Source: Candidatus Saccharimonadota bacterium
GTDB lineage: Bacteria; Patescibacteriota; Saccharimonadia; Saccharimonadales; Saccharimonadaceae
Direction: 5' to 3'
Assembly (NCBI GenBank): GCA_023898645.1
Contig: CP060232.1
Coordinates: 780,001 to 812,000 of the forward strand
DNA: 32,000 nucleotides
The notes beneath the pieces are model-generated. The model was not told the DNA's origin, made no database searches, and saw only the letters and a program-made list of their open reading frames with translations. The number at the start of each line of letters is the position of its first letter. The first letter of the stretch is position 1. The position numbers and the translations under genes are program-made. This document shows, in pieces, positions 14,854 through 24,578 of the stretch.

Positions 14854-16203
14854 TCAGGAACCGCTACGTGACGCGCGTCGTGACGACGAATGCTTGACTG
14901 AAGACGAAGCACTCGCACCAGAAACTTGCGTGTTACGGTGAGCCACCGCATTGCTTCGGTTCAGAGCATGCTTCAAACCATCACCCGGCTTCCATTGACT
15001 GCCTGCCGACCGCTTATTGTCGTTCGACACGAGAGCAACGTTTCTATCAACACTTGTCATCCTCGGCCTACGTGGCTTCAGTTGCGTGCTAGTAGAAGGC
15101 GTGTTATCGGGCTGACTATTACTAGTCGGCCGATCGCTTACCGTGCTACCACTATTCGTCGTTGAACTCGGTAAAGCTGTCGACGGATGCAACTCGGTTT
15201 GCAAGGTATTCACACCCTGCTTGACCGAATCCGCAAACTGCGGCAACGTCTGGAAAAAGCGCTGAATCGACGATCCCGGCTGGAATGTCGTCGGCGTACC
15301 TTGATTTGTTCGGTCGTAACCGAGCTCCACGAAGTACTTCAGTACTGGTTCCATCGCATCAATTAACGGTGTCTGAGTACGACCCATTAACGCTGCAATA
15401 TTGCGAAGCGGTTGAAGCAGAGGCAACGACTTTGCCGGCTCCATGATATACGTCGTGTTGCCGCTAGTCTCAACCCAATTCTCTGGGCTGTTAACGTCAA
15501 CGTTCAGGTAATCACCATGAATTGCACCTGCATCTGCGATTATGTTCAACATCGCAAATACATTTAGCGGGTCTACAGGAAAGTCCGCAAACAAGTCATA
15601 CTGACGCACAACGTCCGTCACCTTGTACTGGCTTTCGGGCGTCGCACCGCTAAATGGCACACCGATCACTGGGATGTAAATCCCGGGGACTCTGGCTAAC
15701 AACCCACCGTTTGGCCGATTAGGATTCCCAATCAAGACAAACGACACATCATTCGCAGCAGGGGCACTCGGATCTTTACCATTTGCATGATCGTTCAGCC
15801 ACAGATTAACAACTGTTGCTCCTTGAGAATAACCAAACCCGACAACGCCCAAATCGACGCTCGCGTCGATGAGACAGTTCAGATTTGCATTACCGATAGC
15901 AGTTGATACTGCAAACAGCGGATCACCACTGCCGGTAAACGCTCCCATGGATCGAGGATACTGGTCTGTGACCCAACCATCTACTGCTTGGGCGTGAACC
16001 CATCCCTGCAACTCCTGTTGCAATACTGCAGTCGATTTTGCATCAATTTCAGCGGGAACATCACCAGGTCTAGTACCCGGCACCATGACAACAACAGCTG
16101 TCAGCACGATGGCCGATACGGCTTTAAGTGCAGCCATACTGCACCATATTGCTAGCGTCACCAGAGCTCCCATGAGCCCCGAACGCATTCGCGATAGCGT
16201 CAT
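14854..16203 (-). CDS. secreted PE-PPE-domain protein, divergent paralog
   Basis: GGAAGGTGGAG RBS and an N-terminal TM/signal segment. Motifs GFGYSQGATVV, GNPNRPNGGLLARVPG and QYDLFADFPVDPLNVFAMLNIIADAGAIHGDY. The Ser/Thr/Pro-rich basic tail shares KPGDG(V/L)K with the 12899 gene product. Confidence 0.7.
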   Translation of the reverse strand: MTLSRMRSGLMGALVTLAIWCSMAALKAVSAIVLTAVVVMVPGTRPGDVPAEIDAKSTAVLQQELQGWVHAQAVDGWVTDQYPRSMGAFTGSGDPLFAVSTAIGNANLNCLIDASVDLGVVGFGYSQGATVVNLWLNDHANGKDPSAPAANDVSFVLIGNPNRPNGGLLARVPGIYIPVIGVPFSGATPESQYKVTDVVRQYDLFADFPVDPLNVFAMLNIIADAGAIHGDYLNVDVNSPENWVETSGNTTYIMEPAKSLPLLQPLRNIAALMGRTQTPLIDAMEPVLKYFVELGYDRTNQGTPTTFQPGSSIQRFFQTLPQFADSVKQGVNTLQTELHPSTALPSSTTNSGSTVSDRPTSNSQPDNTPSTSTQLKPRRPRMTSVDRNVALVSNDNKRSAGSQWKPGDGLKHALNRSNAVAHRNTQVSGASASSSVKHSSSRRASRSGS

Positions 16204-16380
16204 ACTCCACCTTCCGATTTGTCATACCCGTCGCTACAACGGGTGGGGGAACATTCAAACGTATACTTTCGTACAAAGCTCGAATTAATATTATTATAGC
16301 ATAAAAATGATAAAAAGTAAATCAAGTGATATGAAAGGCCCCGCATTTACGAGGCCTTTTTGGGGCTAGTAAATACGGGG

Positions 16381-16770
16381 CTACATGAAATAACGAGCGC
16401 GCTCGGCAGTTCGTGCATCCACGAAACTATCGAGTCGTCGTTTCTCGTCGGAAAAATCGAGATCCAAGGCAGCGTCCTGCAGTCGCTCAAAAAGCCGATC
16501 AGCCCAAGCACTCCATTTGTTATCGAGTGCTTCAAACTTCTCAACATCCGGCGCGTACAGGAAGTTCGCCTCCTCGATGATCAAGTCTTCCGCTTGCTGG
16601 CGCTGCTCATCAAAGTTAACGCCATATGCCTGCTCGTGACGCTTGAAGTACTCCATGAGTTCGATAAGCGGCTCAATCAAGCCGAGTAGGTGAGCGGCCA
16701 TCGTTCTCGGATGTACGTTTACACCGGTGTTCGTCAATGTCACGCGGGGCTCTGCGGTGTTATCCACCAC
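16381..16770 (-). CDS. hypothetical protein
   Basis: 129-aa ORF with a GTG start 7 nt after GGAGA. It has its own extended -10 (TGtTATAAT on the minus strand, about 16812-16820) and a hairpin terminator at about 16340-16366. Confidence 0.5.
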   Translation of the reverse strand: MVDNTAEPRVTLTNTGVNVHPRTMAAHLLGLIEPLIELMEYFKRHEQAYGVNFDEQRQQAEDLIIEEANFLYAPDVEKFEALDNKWSAWADRLFERLQDAALDLDFSDEKRRLDSFVDARTAERARYFM

Positions 16771-16839
16771 TGATTTCTCCTTCTGTAAGGTGCTCTCTTT
16801 CGACTTATTTATTATAACATATTTTGTGAAAAAATAAAT

Positions 16840-17700
16840 CTACAGTAGCCTAGCATTGACGATAAGAACCATCGTTACCACGAAACCCGTAATGAGATTG
16901 AGCCAGATAAACCGTCGCCATGCCTTATTTACCATTCCTGACGTTTTGTCCGTAACGTGCAAATAAGGCGCAACATTCGCTGCATATAAAAGCCCTGTCG
17001 CTCCTACAATCGCTGGCAACAAGCCTAACGTCATCATTATGGCACTGCTTGCAAGGTATAAACCAAACACTATACGCGTCGTAGCTCGTGCGCCAAAAAC
17101 CGTAGCAACCGAGGCCAATTTACCTTCGCGATCAGGTATGATGTCTTGCACTGCACCAAGCGCATGGCTAGCCACGCCCCATAAAAAGAAAGCTACGACA
17201 AAGGGTATGTACTCGGGTTTAAAGCCCGTCAGTACCATGGCATACACCATAGGACCGACAAAATGAATGCTACTCGTTACCGAATCAAGCACAGGTATTT
17301 CTTTGAAACGAAGTCCGGCCATCGAGTAAGCAAGTACAAAAAAGACCAGCGCCACAAGAACCGCATTTGAAACTACCGTGCCCGTCGCAAACAGCCACAC
17401 GACAAAAGGCAACGTACTCAACGTCGAGGACCACAGAATCGTCGGATGAAACGCTTTTTGCTCACGTGCGCCTTCTATGCCTCCTTTGCGCGGATTGCGC
17501 ATGTCAGACTCATAGTCAAACACATCGTTTACGCCATACATCAACAAATTGTAAGGGATCAAGAAAAAGAGCGTCGCCACCCAAAACGTTATGTCGAGAG
17601 TACCGCCAGTTACCACATACGCCGCTGCAAATGGGTAGGCCGTATTCGGCCACGAAATCGGACGTGAAATTACAAACAATTTTTTAAGTGCATCAAACAT
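16840..17700 (-). CDS. crtEb: UbiA-family prenyltransferase, lycopene elongase type
   Basis: Multi-TM protein with NDVFDYESD (NDxxDxxxD). Last gene of the carotenoid operon, in the same position as crtEb in Corynebacterium-type C50 clusters. Confidence 0.7.
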   Translation of the reverse strand: MFDALKKLFVISRPISWPNTAYPFAAAYVVTGGTLDITFWVATLFFLIPYNLLMYGVNDVFDYESDMRNPRKGGIEGAREQKAFHPTILWSSTLSTLPFVVWLFATGTVVSNAVLVALVFFVLAYSMAGLRFKEIPVLDSVTSSIHFVGPMVYAMVLTGFKPEYIPFVVAFFLWGVASHALGAVQDIIPDREGKLASVATVFGARATTRIVFGLYLASSAIMMTLGLLPAIVGATGLLYAANVAPYLHVTDKTSGMVNKAWRRFIWLNLITGFVVTMVLIVNARLL

Positions 17701-17983
17701 GTTTTTCTCCTAATTTATGCCAAATCGTCGGTACTATAATTGCCGCCAAAAGTGCATACATAAAATCCTCTATCGGTGCGACGCCAATCCGCAACCCAAG
17801 TATCTTGTGCGGATCATAGTCAACAATCGACAAGCCCACAATCGCGTTGTCAAATACCGCCGTCAACACCAGCAACACAACCATAGTGGCAACAACGGCA
17901 CGAGACAATTTGCTCAAACGTACTCGCGCAATGGTAAGCACCAGAGCCATAACAACCAAGTTCAAAACTACATATGTGGCCAT
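17693..17983 (-). CDS. lycopene cyclase-domain small subunit (second of a heterodimeric pair)
   Basis: 96-aa protein with three TM helices. Overlaps both neighbours and sits where crtYf (or crtYd/Yh) lies. Confidence 0.6.
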   Translation of the reverse strand: MATYVVLNLVVMALVLTIARVRLSKLSRAVVATMVVLLVLTAVFDNAIVGLSIVDYDPHKILGLRIGVAPIEDFMYALLAAIIVPTIWHKLGEKHV

Positions 17984-18285
17984 TTTTTTCGTACCCCCTG
18001 GTAAACAACAAGCGCACTATAGCAAAGCAACGTCAGGAAAAACAATTCTTCGACAGGAAATTCAGGAAGCAAACGGAGCGGAAGTGTCAGCTGACTGCCA
18101 CCATGGAAAAATATACCGAGTGCTATTCCCAAAAGATCCCACACGACAAATATCGCTACGGCTATCGCGAGTGTCTGCAGCGTCCGTTTTCGATCATGCC
18201 AATACGCCAATTCGTAGCGCCAATCAATCACTGCCATGCCACAAATGCCGACCAGCAAAAATACCAAATAGCTGAATTGAATCAT
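17968..18285 (-). CDS. lycopene cyclase-domain small subunit (first of a heterodimeric pair)
   Basis: 105-aa protein with three TM helices. Overlaps crtI by 4 nt and sits where crtYe (or crtYc/Yg) lies. Confidence 0.6.
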   Translation of the reverse strand: MIQFSYLVFLLVGICGMAVIDWRYELAYWHDRKRTLQTLAIAVAIFVVWDLLGIALGIFFHGGSQLTLPLRLLPEFPVEELFFLTLLCYSALVVYQGVRKKWPHM

Positions 18286-19808
18286 GATCTATCTTTCACT
18301 ATTTTTTTGATACTTTTTATCGGGCCACCGCGCTTGTCGCCAGCTAGTCGTTTGTATACCAACTCAGCGCCAATCAAGCACATCGGCAAACCAATACCGG
18401 GAGTTGTCGAACCTCCCACATAGTAGAGGCCTTTGACCTTTTTGCTGACATTTGGCGTGCGAAACATCGCGCTCTGGCGCAGCAAGTGCGAAGGTCCCAG
18501 GGCCGTCCCTTGCCATGCGTTGTACTTGGTCACAAAATCATTCGGACCGAAAAGTTCCTTTACCACCACGCGCTCACGAAGATTTTCGACACCCATTTTT
18601 TGCTCAATCATTTCAAGATACTTGTCGGCAGCCGTCTTCAACTCTTTGTCGGTCAACGACAGTCCGGCTGGTAGTGGCACAAGCACAAATACGTTTTCGG
18701 AACCTTTCGGCGCGACAGTCGTGTCGCTCGCACTTGGTTTGCACACGTATACAGACGCCGGCCAAGGAAGTTTCTTGGTTTCAAATATACTGTCAAAATT
18801 GTCTTTCCAATCTTCAACGAAAAACAAGTTGTGGTGCTCCATTTGTGGCAGTTCACCTTTGACCCCCAAGTACATCAGCAAGGCGCTAGGCCCGGCCTCA
18901 CGCTTGTCCCAATACGACGCAGGGTAGGAGCGGTCAGGCTTGTCGAGCAATTTTGTTTCCGTAAAATGCAAGTCCGCGTTTGATATGACAATATCCGCGC
19001 TCACGCGAGTTCCATCTTGTAGCGTCACGCCAGTCGTGCGCCCATGCTTGGTATCGATATGCTGTACCGGCGTCTTGTAGTGGTATTTCACGCCAAGTTC
19101 ATGGCCCAGTTTCACCATGCTTTCAATGATCGTATACAATCCGCCTTTCGGGTAATACACGCCCTCGCGAAAATCGAGCGCACTCATGAGACTGTAAATT
19201 GCAGGTGCGGCAAACGGCGACGAACCAAGAAACACCATAGGGTATTCTAAAATCTGTCGTAGCCGCTGGTCGGTCACGTATCTACTCACGTATTTGTCTA
19301 TCGACGTAAATGCCAGCTTGGTCATCAGATGGCCGCGCTTCACCACATCAAACTTGGCAAAATCACGCGGCGACGAAAAGTTCGTATACAAAAAGTGCTT
19401 GAGCGATAGCCTATAAATATCATCACCACGCGACACATAGCGACGCAGCTTTTCGCCGGCTCCTGGCTCTATAGCCTCAAATGTTAGGGCGTCTCGCTCT
19501 TCGTCGCTCGTCACCATGACTGGCGATTCGTTTTCAAAAAACACTTTATATGCCGGCGACAGTCGTACAAGGTCGAGCTCATTCGCAACTGATTTGCCAA
19601 ACAATTCAAAATAATGCTCAAAAACTTCCGGCATCAAATACCACGACGGGCCAGTGTCAAAACGAAAGCCATCTATTTCCATCATGCCCGCACGTCCGCC
19701 AGCTTGGTCGTTCTTTTCATACACGGTCACATCGTAGCCGGCCTTGGCCAGCATATTCGCCGTTGCCAAGCCGCCAATACCCGCTCCGACTATCACAACT
19801 TTTGTCAT
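18282..19808 (-). CDS. crtI: phytoene desaturase
   Basis: N-terminal FAD fold VVIVGAGIGGLATANMLAKAGYDVTVYEKNDQAGGRAG and C-terminal GLYYVGGSTTPGIGLPMCLISAE-like motif. Confidence 0.88.
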   Translation of the reverse strand: MTKVVIVGAGIGGLATANMLAKAGYDVTVYEKNDQAGGRAGMMEIDGFRFDTGPSWYLMPEVFEHYFELFGKSVANELDLVRLSPAYKVFFENESPVMVTSDEERDALTFEAIEPGAGEKLRRYVSRGDDIYRLSLKHFLYTNFSSPRDFAKFDVVKRGHLMTKLAFTSIDKYVSRYVTDQRLRQILEYPMVFLGSSPFAAPAIYSLMSALDFREGVYYPKGGLYTIIESMVKLGHELGVKYHYKTPVQHIDTKHGRTTGVTLQDGTRVSADIVISNADLHFTETKLLDKPDRSYPASYWDKREAGPSALLMYLGVKGELPQMEHHNLFFVEDWKDNFDSIFETKKLPWPASVYVCKPSASDTTVAPKGSENVFVLVPLPAGLSLTDKELKTAADKYLEMIEQKMGVENLRERVVVKELFGPNDFVTKYNAWQGTALGPSHLLRQSAMFRTPNVSKKVKGLYYVGGSTTPGIGLPMCLIGAELVYKRLAGDKRGGPIKSIKKIVKDRS

Positions 19809-20635
19809 CGTTTTACACCCTCGCGTAGCAACGTACGTACCATCAATGTCAGCTTGCGGCGAGAAGGCAATCGTATGCGAGTAGTCTTGATCACGTCCGC
19901 CGGAGTATTCTCAAGCTTCTTGAGCAACTCCGCATAATACACATAGCTCATCATCGTTGCTCGACGACTCGTCACAGGCAACTGCTGCAGGGCAGGGAGG
20001 GCTTTGGCAAAGTCTTGTTTGATATCGTCGACAATCGCTTGCTTTGCTGTGTCGTCAAATTCTTCGTAGCTAACACCCGGAAAATACAGTCGCCCCAGCT
20101 CTTTATAATCAGCCGCCATGTCACGCAAAAAATTAACCTTTTGATACGCCGAGCCTAGCGCCGCCGCGCCATCGCGAAGCGCATCGTACCGCTCCTTGTC
20201 GCCGTCTAAAAAAACTTTCAAGCACATCAGCCCGACCACTTCGGCAGAACCATGTATGTACTTTTGATAGTTTTCTGGCACGTATGTTTGCGGGTGTAAG
20301 TCCATGCGCATACTCGCAAAAAACGGACCAATCAACGACTTGTCGATATTATACAGCGCTGCAGTTCGGGCAAAGGCATGTACCACAGGATTAGTACTAT
20401 AGCCAGACTGTATCGACGCATATGTCGTTGCTTCTAGGTCGTCTAGCAGTGTCGCGGCGTCCGCTCCTTTGTAAGTATCGACGATTTCATCGGCGATTCG
20501 CACCAGCCCGTAAATCGCATATATATGCTTTTGCATAGCCTGCGGAAACAACCTGCTACTCATACCAAAAGATGTCGAATACCTCAGTGTCAGGTGCTTA
20601 CTGTTTTCGTACGCAACGTCGTCGTACAACTCCAT
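19805..20635 (-). CDS. crtB: phytoene synthase
   Basis: Squalene/phytoene synthase motifs YGLVRIADEIVD and YQKVNFLRDMAADY. 4-nt overlap with crtI. Confidence 0.85.
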   Translation of the reverse strand: MELYDDVAYENSKHLTLRYSTSFGMSSRLFPQAMQKHIYAIYGLVRIADEIVDTYKGADAATLLDDLEATTYASIQSGYSTNPVVHAFARTAALYNIDKSLIGPFFASMRMDLHPQTYVPENYQKYIHGSAEVVGLMCLKVFLDGDKERYDALRDGAAALGSAYQKVNFLRDMAADYKELGRLYFPGVSYEEFDDTAKQAIVDDIKQDFAKALPALQQLPVTSRRATMMSYVYYAELLKKLENTPADVIKTTRIRLPSRRKLTLMVRTLLREGVKR

Positions 20636-21702
20636 CAGTGCGAACGCTCCGTCACTTTTGCCACAAGTTTTTCAAATTCATTTACATATTCGGCGCTTAT
20701 CTGCATATCAGCAATGGCCTTGCGCGCAGTCTCGGCATATTCGTTTGCAAGATCAATCGTCGCTTGTTTGGCACCAGTAGATTCAAGCAAATTATATACA
20801 GCCGCAACACCCGCGTCGGTTGCGTCACGGTTGCCAAACCACTGCTCAAATTCTTTCTTTTCATCATCGCTCATGGCCGCTAGTGCTCGCTCGACCATGT
20901 AGGTCATTTTGCCTTCGCGTATGTCGCTCAACGTCGACTTACCAGTCTTTGCTTCATCGCCAAATACTCCCAGTAAATCATCAACCAGCTGAAACGCAAC
21001 ACCAAGTGAAAGAGCATATTCGTAGAGCGCCTCTCTCTGTTTTTCGTTAATACCAGCAAGTGTCGCACCGGCAAGTAGTGGCGCAACAAACGAATAGCCG
21101 GCAGTTTTGTAACGCGCGACCTTGAGCGCGTCTCCTTCGCGATAGGGCATAAAGCTCAGCTCGGTATCGAGCAATTCGCCACCAGCAACCTCAAAAATAC
21201 TATGAGCCAAAAAACCTTGCGCTATGATCTTGTCTTTGTCGCTCAGCATACTCGAAGCGATCATCTGATGTGCGCCCGATATCATCAGGTCGCCACCCAG
21301 CAGCGCCGCACTATGCGAAAAGTGCACCAAATCATCAGGAGTTTTTGCATACTCCGCATATACATTTTTGTAGACACCTGCGACATTCGCCGTGCCGTAG
21401 CGCGTATAATCGCGATCGATAATATCGTCGTGTACAAGTAGGCTAAAATGCAATAGCTCTTGTGCCGCGGCAATGGGAATCATTTTTTCTACGTCCTTGC
21501 CGCCAAATGCCTCGTAGGCAAGCATCGTCATGCGCGGTCGAAGGCGTTTACCACCCGAGCGAATCAGTTTATACAGGGTTTCCCACAAGCGTTTGTACGA
21601 CGGGTCTATACGCGCAGCGTAATCAATAGAACGTTCAAAAAAGCCATATAAAGTCTGGTTTACAGAGTTAACGGTACTAGTCCGGTGCTGGGTTTGTGCC
21701 AT
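20635..21702 (-). CDS. crtE: polyprenyl (geranylgeranyl) diphosphate synthase
   Basis: FARM LLVHDDIIDRD and second Asp-rich motif FQLVDDLLGVFGD. First gene of the operon. On the minus strand TATAAT lies 8 nt before the ATG. Confidence 0.75.
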   Translation of the reverse strand: MAQTQHRTSTVNSVNQTLYGFFERSIDYAARIDPSYKRLWETLYKLIRSGGKRLRPRMTMLAYEAFGGKDVEKMIPIAAAQELLHFSLLVHDDIIDRDYTRYGTANVAGVYKNVYAEYAKTPDDLVHFSHSAALLGGDLMISGAHQMIASSMLSDKDKIIAQGFLAHSIFEVAGGELLDTELSFMPYREGDALKVARYKTAGYSFVAPLLAGATLAGINEKQREALYEYALSLGVAFQLVDDLLGVFGDEAKTGKSTLSDIREGKMTYMVERALAAMSDDEKKEFEQWFGNRDATDAGVAAVYNLLESTGAKQATIDLANEYAETARKAIADMQISAEYVNEFEKLVAKVTERSH

Positions 21703-21710
21703 TTCTATAC

Positions 21711-21716
21711 ATTATA
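21711..21716 (-). promoter_or_regulatory. -10 box of the carotenoid operon (near-leaderless)
   Basis: Minus-strand TATAAT, then gtatagaa, then the crtE ATG. Confidence 0.4.
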
Positions 21717-21774
21717 TAGTATTTTCTCAGTTCAATCTGTATGCTTTCTTAAATTTTTTGCATCGCTAGGGGAA

Positions 21775-22446
21775 ATGTTGTTAAATGAACCTATGAAACG
21801 AGGTGAATTCAGTGACAAAGAACAGCTTGTCCTAGCCGGGCTCGACTTTGACCGTTACAGCGATCCTGTGGCTAAAAGTATCGGCGACTGGCACGAGGCA
21901 TTCGATCGCTGGAACCATCAATTACATTTAGTACACTACGGGGAAGGAGGGCGTACGCAGGCCGAAGCCGACGTTAAACTAGCACACCTCCAAGATGGCT
22001 ACACCCAGGCATTTGAGCATGCGGCTCGGCAGGTAGCGGCCGACAGCCCCATAGAAGAAAGTGCCGTCGACACTTTGCATAATCTCTTTCGCGCCGAAGA
22101 ACAGCGCCGATTGACGCACGTGAGCCAGTGGTACACGACCGAAAAGCTACAGCCGTCATCGGACGAATATTTTCACGACATAGTCATGCCATTTGCCGAC
22201 CCAGAAGGCAAAACAATCATACACAGCAACGACGAATTTGTGCTCAGCCAAGAAGCCGCCCTAGAACTTTATCGCGCTCGACTAGAAGACCATTCACGCG
22301 CCATACTGCTACAAAAATACCGCAACCTAGCCGAAAGCGGACGCAACATCCGCAGCGTAAATCGTAAATTTTACACGGCGCTCGGAGCCGTTGGTCTTGG
22401 CTCGTTTTGGGCTGCATTTCGCGCCTTTAGACCAAAGCGAAAATAG
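21775..22446 (+). CDS. hypothetical protein with a C-terminal TM anchor
   Basis: Long ORF whose start is uncertain (ATG at 21775 or 21793; the track start at 21685 overlaps crtE). The tail ALGAVGLGSFWAAFRAF is hydrophobic. Confidence 0.5.
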   Translation: MLLNEPMKRGEFSDKEQLVLAGLDFDRYSDPVAKSIGDWHEAFDRWNHQLHLVHYGEGGRTQAEADVKLAHLQDGYTQAFEHAARQVAADSPIEESAVDTLHNLFRAEEQRRLTHVSQWYTTEKLQPSSDEYFHDIVMPFADPEGKTIIHSNDEFVLSQEAALELYRARLEDHSRAILLQKYRNLAESGRNIRSVNRKFYTALGAVGLGSFWAAFRAFRPKRK

Positions 22447-22447
22447 T

Positions 22448-23317
22448 TTAAAAGTCGTTTTCTAACTGTCGCATGCGCTCCACCAGCATACCGCGCACTT
22501 TATATAAGTCGTCCAGCGTCAGGTCATATATTCCGCTAGGTGCGCCGTCGTGCCTGCAATCAATTGCAGCATAGTATCGTCCGCGCGCATATAATTCTAA
22601 CTCGTCCAGCTCGGCTTCGCTCAACATTTTTTCAGACATAATCCGAACTTCGGCCAATTTCATATCTAACTCATATTCCGGTATGTTCCCGTGCAATATG
22701 CGTACCAAATTACTCACTTGGCCTGGATGAATTTTGCGCAGCAATTCATCTTCATCGTCATCATCTTGCTCGACCGCAACGCTCACGCCGCCCCACATTT
22801 TGTTATCAATACCAAGCGCCACATTGTACGCCTTCGCCAGGCCGTCTTCGATATCCATCACGCTAGCAACCATAGCCATGCCGGCTTTACCTAGCTGCAG
22901 CACCGTAAATGAAACCCCGCGGCTGCTACCATTTTCAGACCTGTATTGTGACATAGCAAACCAGCCGTCGCACGCAGGCACATCACCAATCATAGCCAGT
23001 TCAATCATCATTTCTTCAGCCGTTTTCACTGATTTCAATTGTGGGTACAGCCGCTCCAGAGAATCCGAATACAATGCATGGATCTGGTTGTATGCAAACT
23101 GTCGATCGCTTTCATCTTGTGAGTCCGAAAACATCTGAAGCTGCTCCCAAGTTGCGCGCCAGATGTCCGATCTTTGGTCGTCTTCTTCGCCTTCGTCTAT
23201 CAGCAAATCCTGCACAATCTCAATGACTTCAACGGCAAGTGACGCCCGTTCATTGTTTTGCGACGATTCCGGTTGCGAAGATTCGTGGTTTGTCATGGGT
23301 TTATATATACCACACAT
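22448..23317 (-). CDS. acidic hypothetical protein
   Basis: 289-aa ORF with an alternative ATG at 23296. No domain recognised. Confidence 0.5.
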   Translation of the reverse strand: MCGIYKPMTNHESSQPESSQNNERASLAVEVIEIVQDLLIDEGEEDDQRSDIWRATWEQLQMFSDSQDESDRQFAYNQIHALYSDSLERLYPQLKSVKTAEEMMIELAMIGDVPACDGWFAMSQYRSENGSSRGVSFTVLQLGKAGMAMVASVMDIEDGLAKAYNVALGIDNKMWGGVSVAVEQDDDDEDELLRKIHPGQVSNLVRILHGNIPEYELDMKLAEVRIMSEKMLSEAELDELELYARGRYYAAIDCRHDGAPSGIYDLTLDDLYKVRGMLVERMRQLENDF

Positions 23318-23364
23318 TTATGGCAACAAATACCGACAGGCGTTGTAATGTTTAAACAAAACTG

Positions 23365-23370
23365 TATAAT
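23365..23370 (+). promoter_or_regulatory. -10 box, leaderless configuration
   Basis: TATAAT, then ttgcgc, then the ATG at 23377. Confidence 0.45.
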
Positions 23371-23376
23371 TTGCGC

Positions 23377-23865
23377 ATGGAATCGGAGCCAAAAACTCCC
23401 GACAACTTTACCGACTACGAGCAGTTCGCAGTAGAGATCTTTGACGGCGTAGACGAACTATTTGCACAGCGTAACATACCATCTATCTATGAAAAAATTT
23501 CCGACCGCCACTCCGTCGTCGAGCTTACAGTCGAGGAGCTAGAGCAAGTCGGCCCACTACTCGAAAGCTACGCGATAGACGCACCAAATTCAGTCAATAT
23601 CACCATCAACGGCCACAATCCGTTTTACAAAGGCGCGCACGAACCAGGCTCACTCGTAATCACCACGAACCACTGGGACACTTTCGGCAATGATGTCAAA
23701 AGCAAGTACACAATTTGGATCGATCGCAACTACACCCAAGCAATCGAAGCCATCATTGACGTCAAAATTGGTAACCAGATATTCGCAAACAACGAGCGCA
23801 TCGGCAGTATTGAGCAGCGCGCCTTGCGCGGACTCATCAACTATCTTAAACAAACAACGAAGTAG
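23377..23865 (+). CDS. hypothetical protein
   Basis: 162-aa ORF from the ATG at 23377 (the track uses TTG at 23371). The next gene starts 6 nt downstream. Confidence 0.55.
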   Translation: MESEPKTPDNFTDYEQFAVEIFDGVDELFAQRNIPSIYEKISDRHSVVELTVEELEQVGPLLESYAIDAPNSVNITINGHNPFYKGAHEPGSLVITTNHWDTFGNDVKSKYTIWIDRNYTQAIEAIIDVKIGNQIFANNERIGSIEQRALRGLINYLKQTTK

Positions 23866-23871
23866 CAACAC

Positions 23872-24522
23872 ATGCAGTCAAACAACAAACTACGCGTCGG
23901 AATCTATCGAGACATCGAAACCCCGGAAACAAACATCGGGGGAGCGGTCGTAGCAATCGACAATCTACGCGAAAAATACAAAAATATTGAAATTGCCGAA
24001 ACCAACAAATTCGTCAGGCTGACGCCATCAGGCGAAAAATCAGTCCCGACAAACACCGTCAATTGGCTTGAAACGCTCAACCACATAAACATCGTCATGA
24101 CAGATAGGCGCATCGTCGACAAACCTGGCGACACGCCACCCGAAAATTTCGGCGTTATAGGCACGACGTTATATCGGCGCCTTCGTAGACCTTTCGTCAT
24201 AGTAGACGCACGCTTCGCGTGGGACAGCGCCGACAGAGTCGTCACTCACGAAGTCGCACATGTACTTCGCATCAAAGACAGCGGTACATATTTCGACAAA
24301 GTAGATCACTGCAACCACCCCGCGTGCATCATGCAGCCCATTACCAGACCTCATCTTGTCGATTTTTGCGGCGAATGCAGCGAACAGCTCGACGAACGCT
24401 TTTATAAACTTTCCAAAAAAAGGATTCGCAACGCTAGTATGCTCGGTCGGGCGCTACAAAATCTGTCAGACAATTTAGTTCAAACAACTCGTCCCTTCCC
24501 ATACCCAAACACCATCGAGTAG
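23872..24522 (+). CDS. archaemetzincin-like zinc metalloprotease
   Basis: HEVAH...HCNHPACIM...CGEC fits the archaemetzincin signature HExxH...HCxxxxCxM...CxxC, with non-canonical spacing. Confidence 0.55.
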   Translation: MQSNNKLRVGIYRDIETPETNIGGAVVAIDNLREKYKNIEIAETNKFVRLTPSGEKSVPTNTVNWLETLNHINIVMTDRRIVDKPGDTPPENFGVIGTTLYRRLRRPFVIVDARFAWDSADRVVTHEVAHVLRIKDSGTYFDKVDHCNHPACIMQPITRPHLVDFCGECSEQLDERFYKLSKKRIRNASMLGRALQNLSDNLVQTTRPFPYPNTIE

Positions 24523-24578
24523 GGCACTCTAGGCCTCGACTATTTACAATTAACATATTTTATTGTAGTATAGCGCAA

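Noticed and set aside
18433-18927. Long + strand ORFs (164, 136 and 62 aa) antisense to crtI, and similar antisense ORFs opposite the histidine kinase, paralog 1 (4007-4399), the recombinase (6858-7205), the prenyltransferase and the PE-PPE genes
   Set aside because: They lie fully within well-supported genes on the other strand, lack RBSs and have a biased low-complexity composition. They are typical shadow ORFs.
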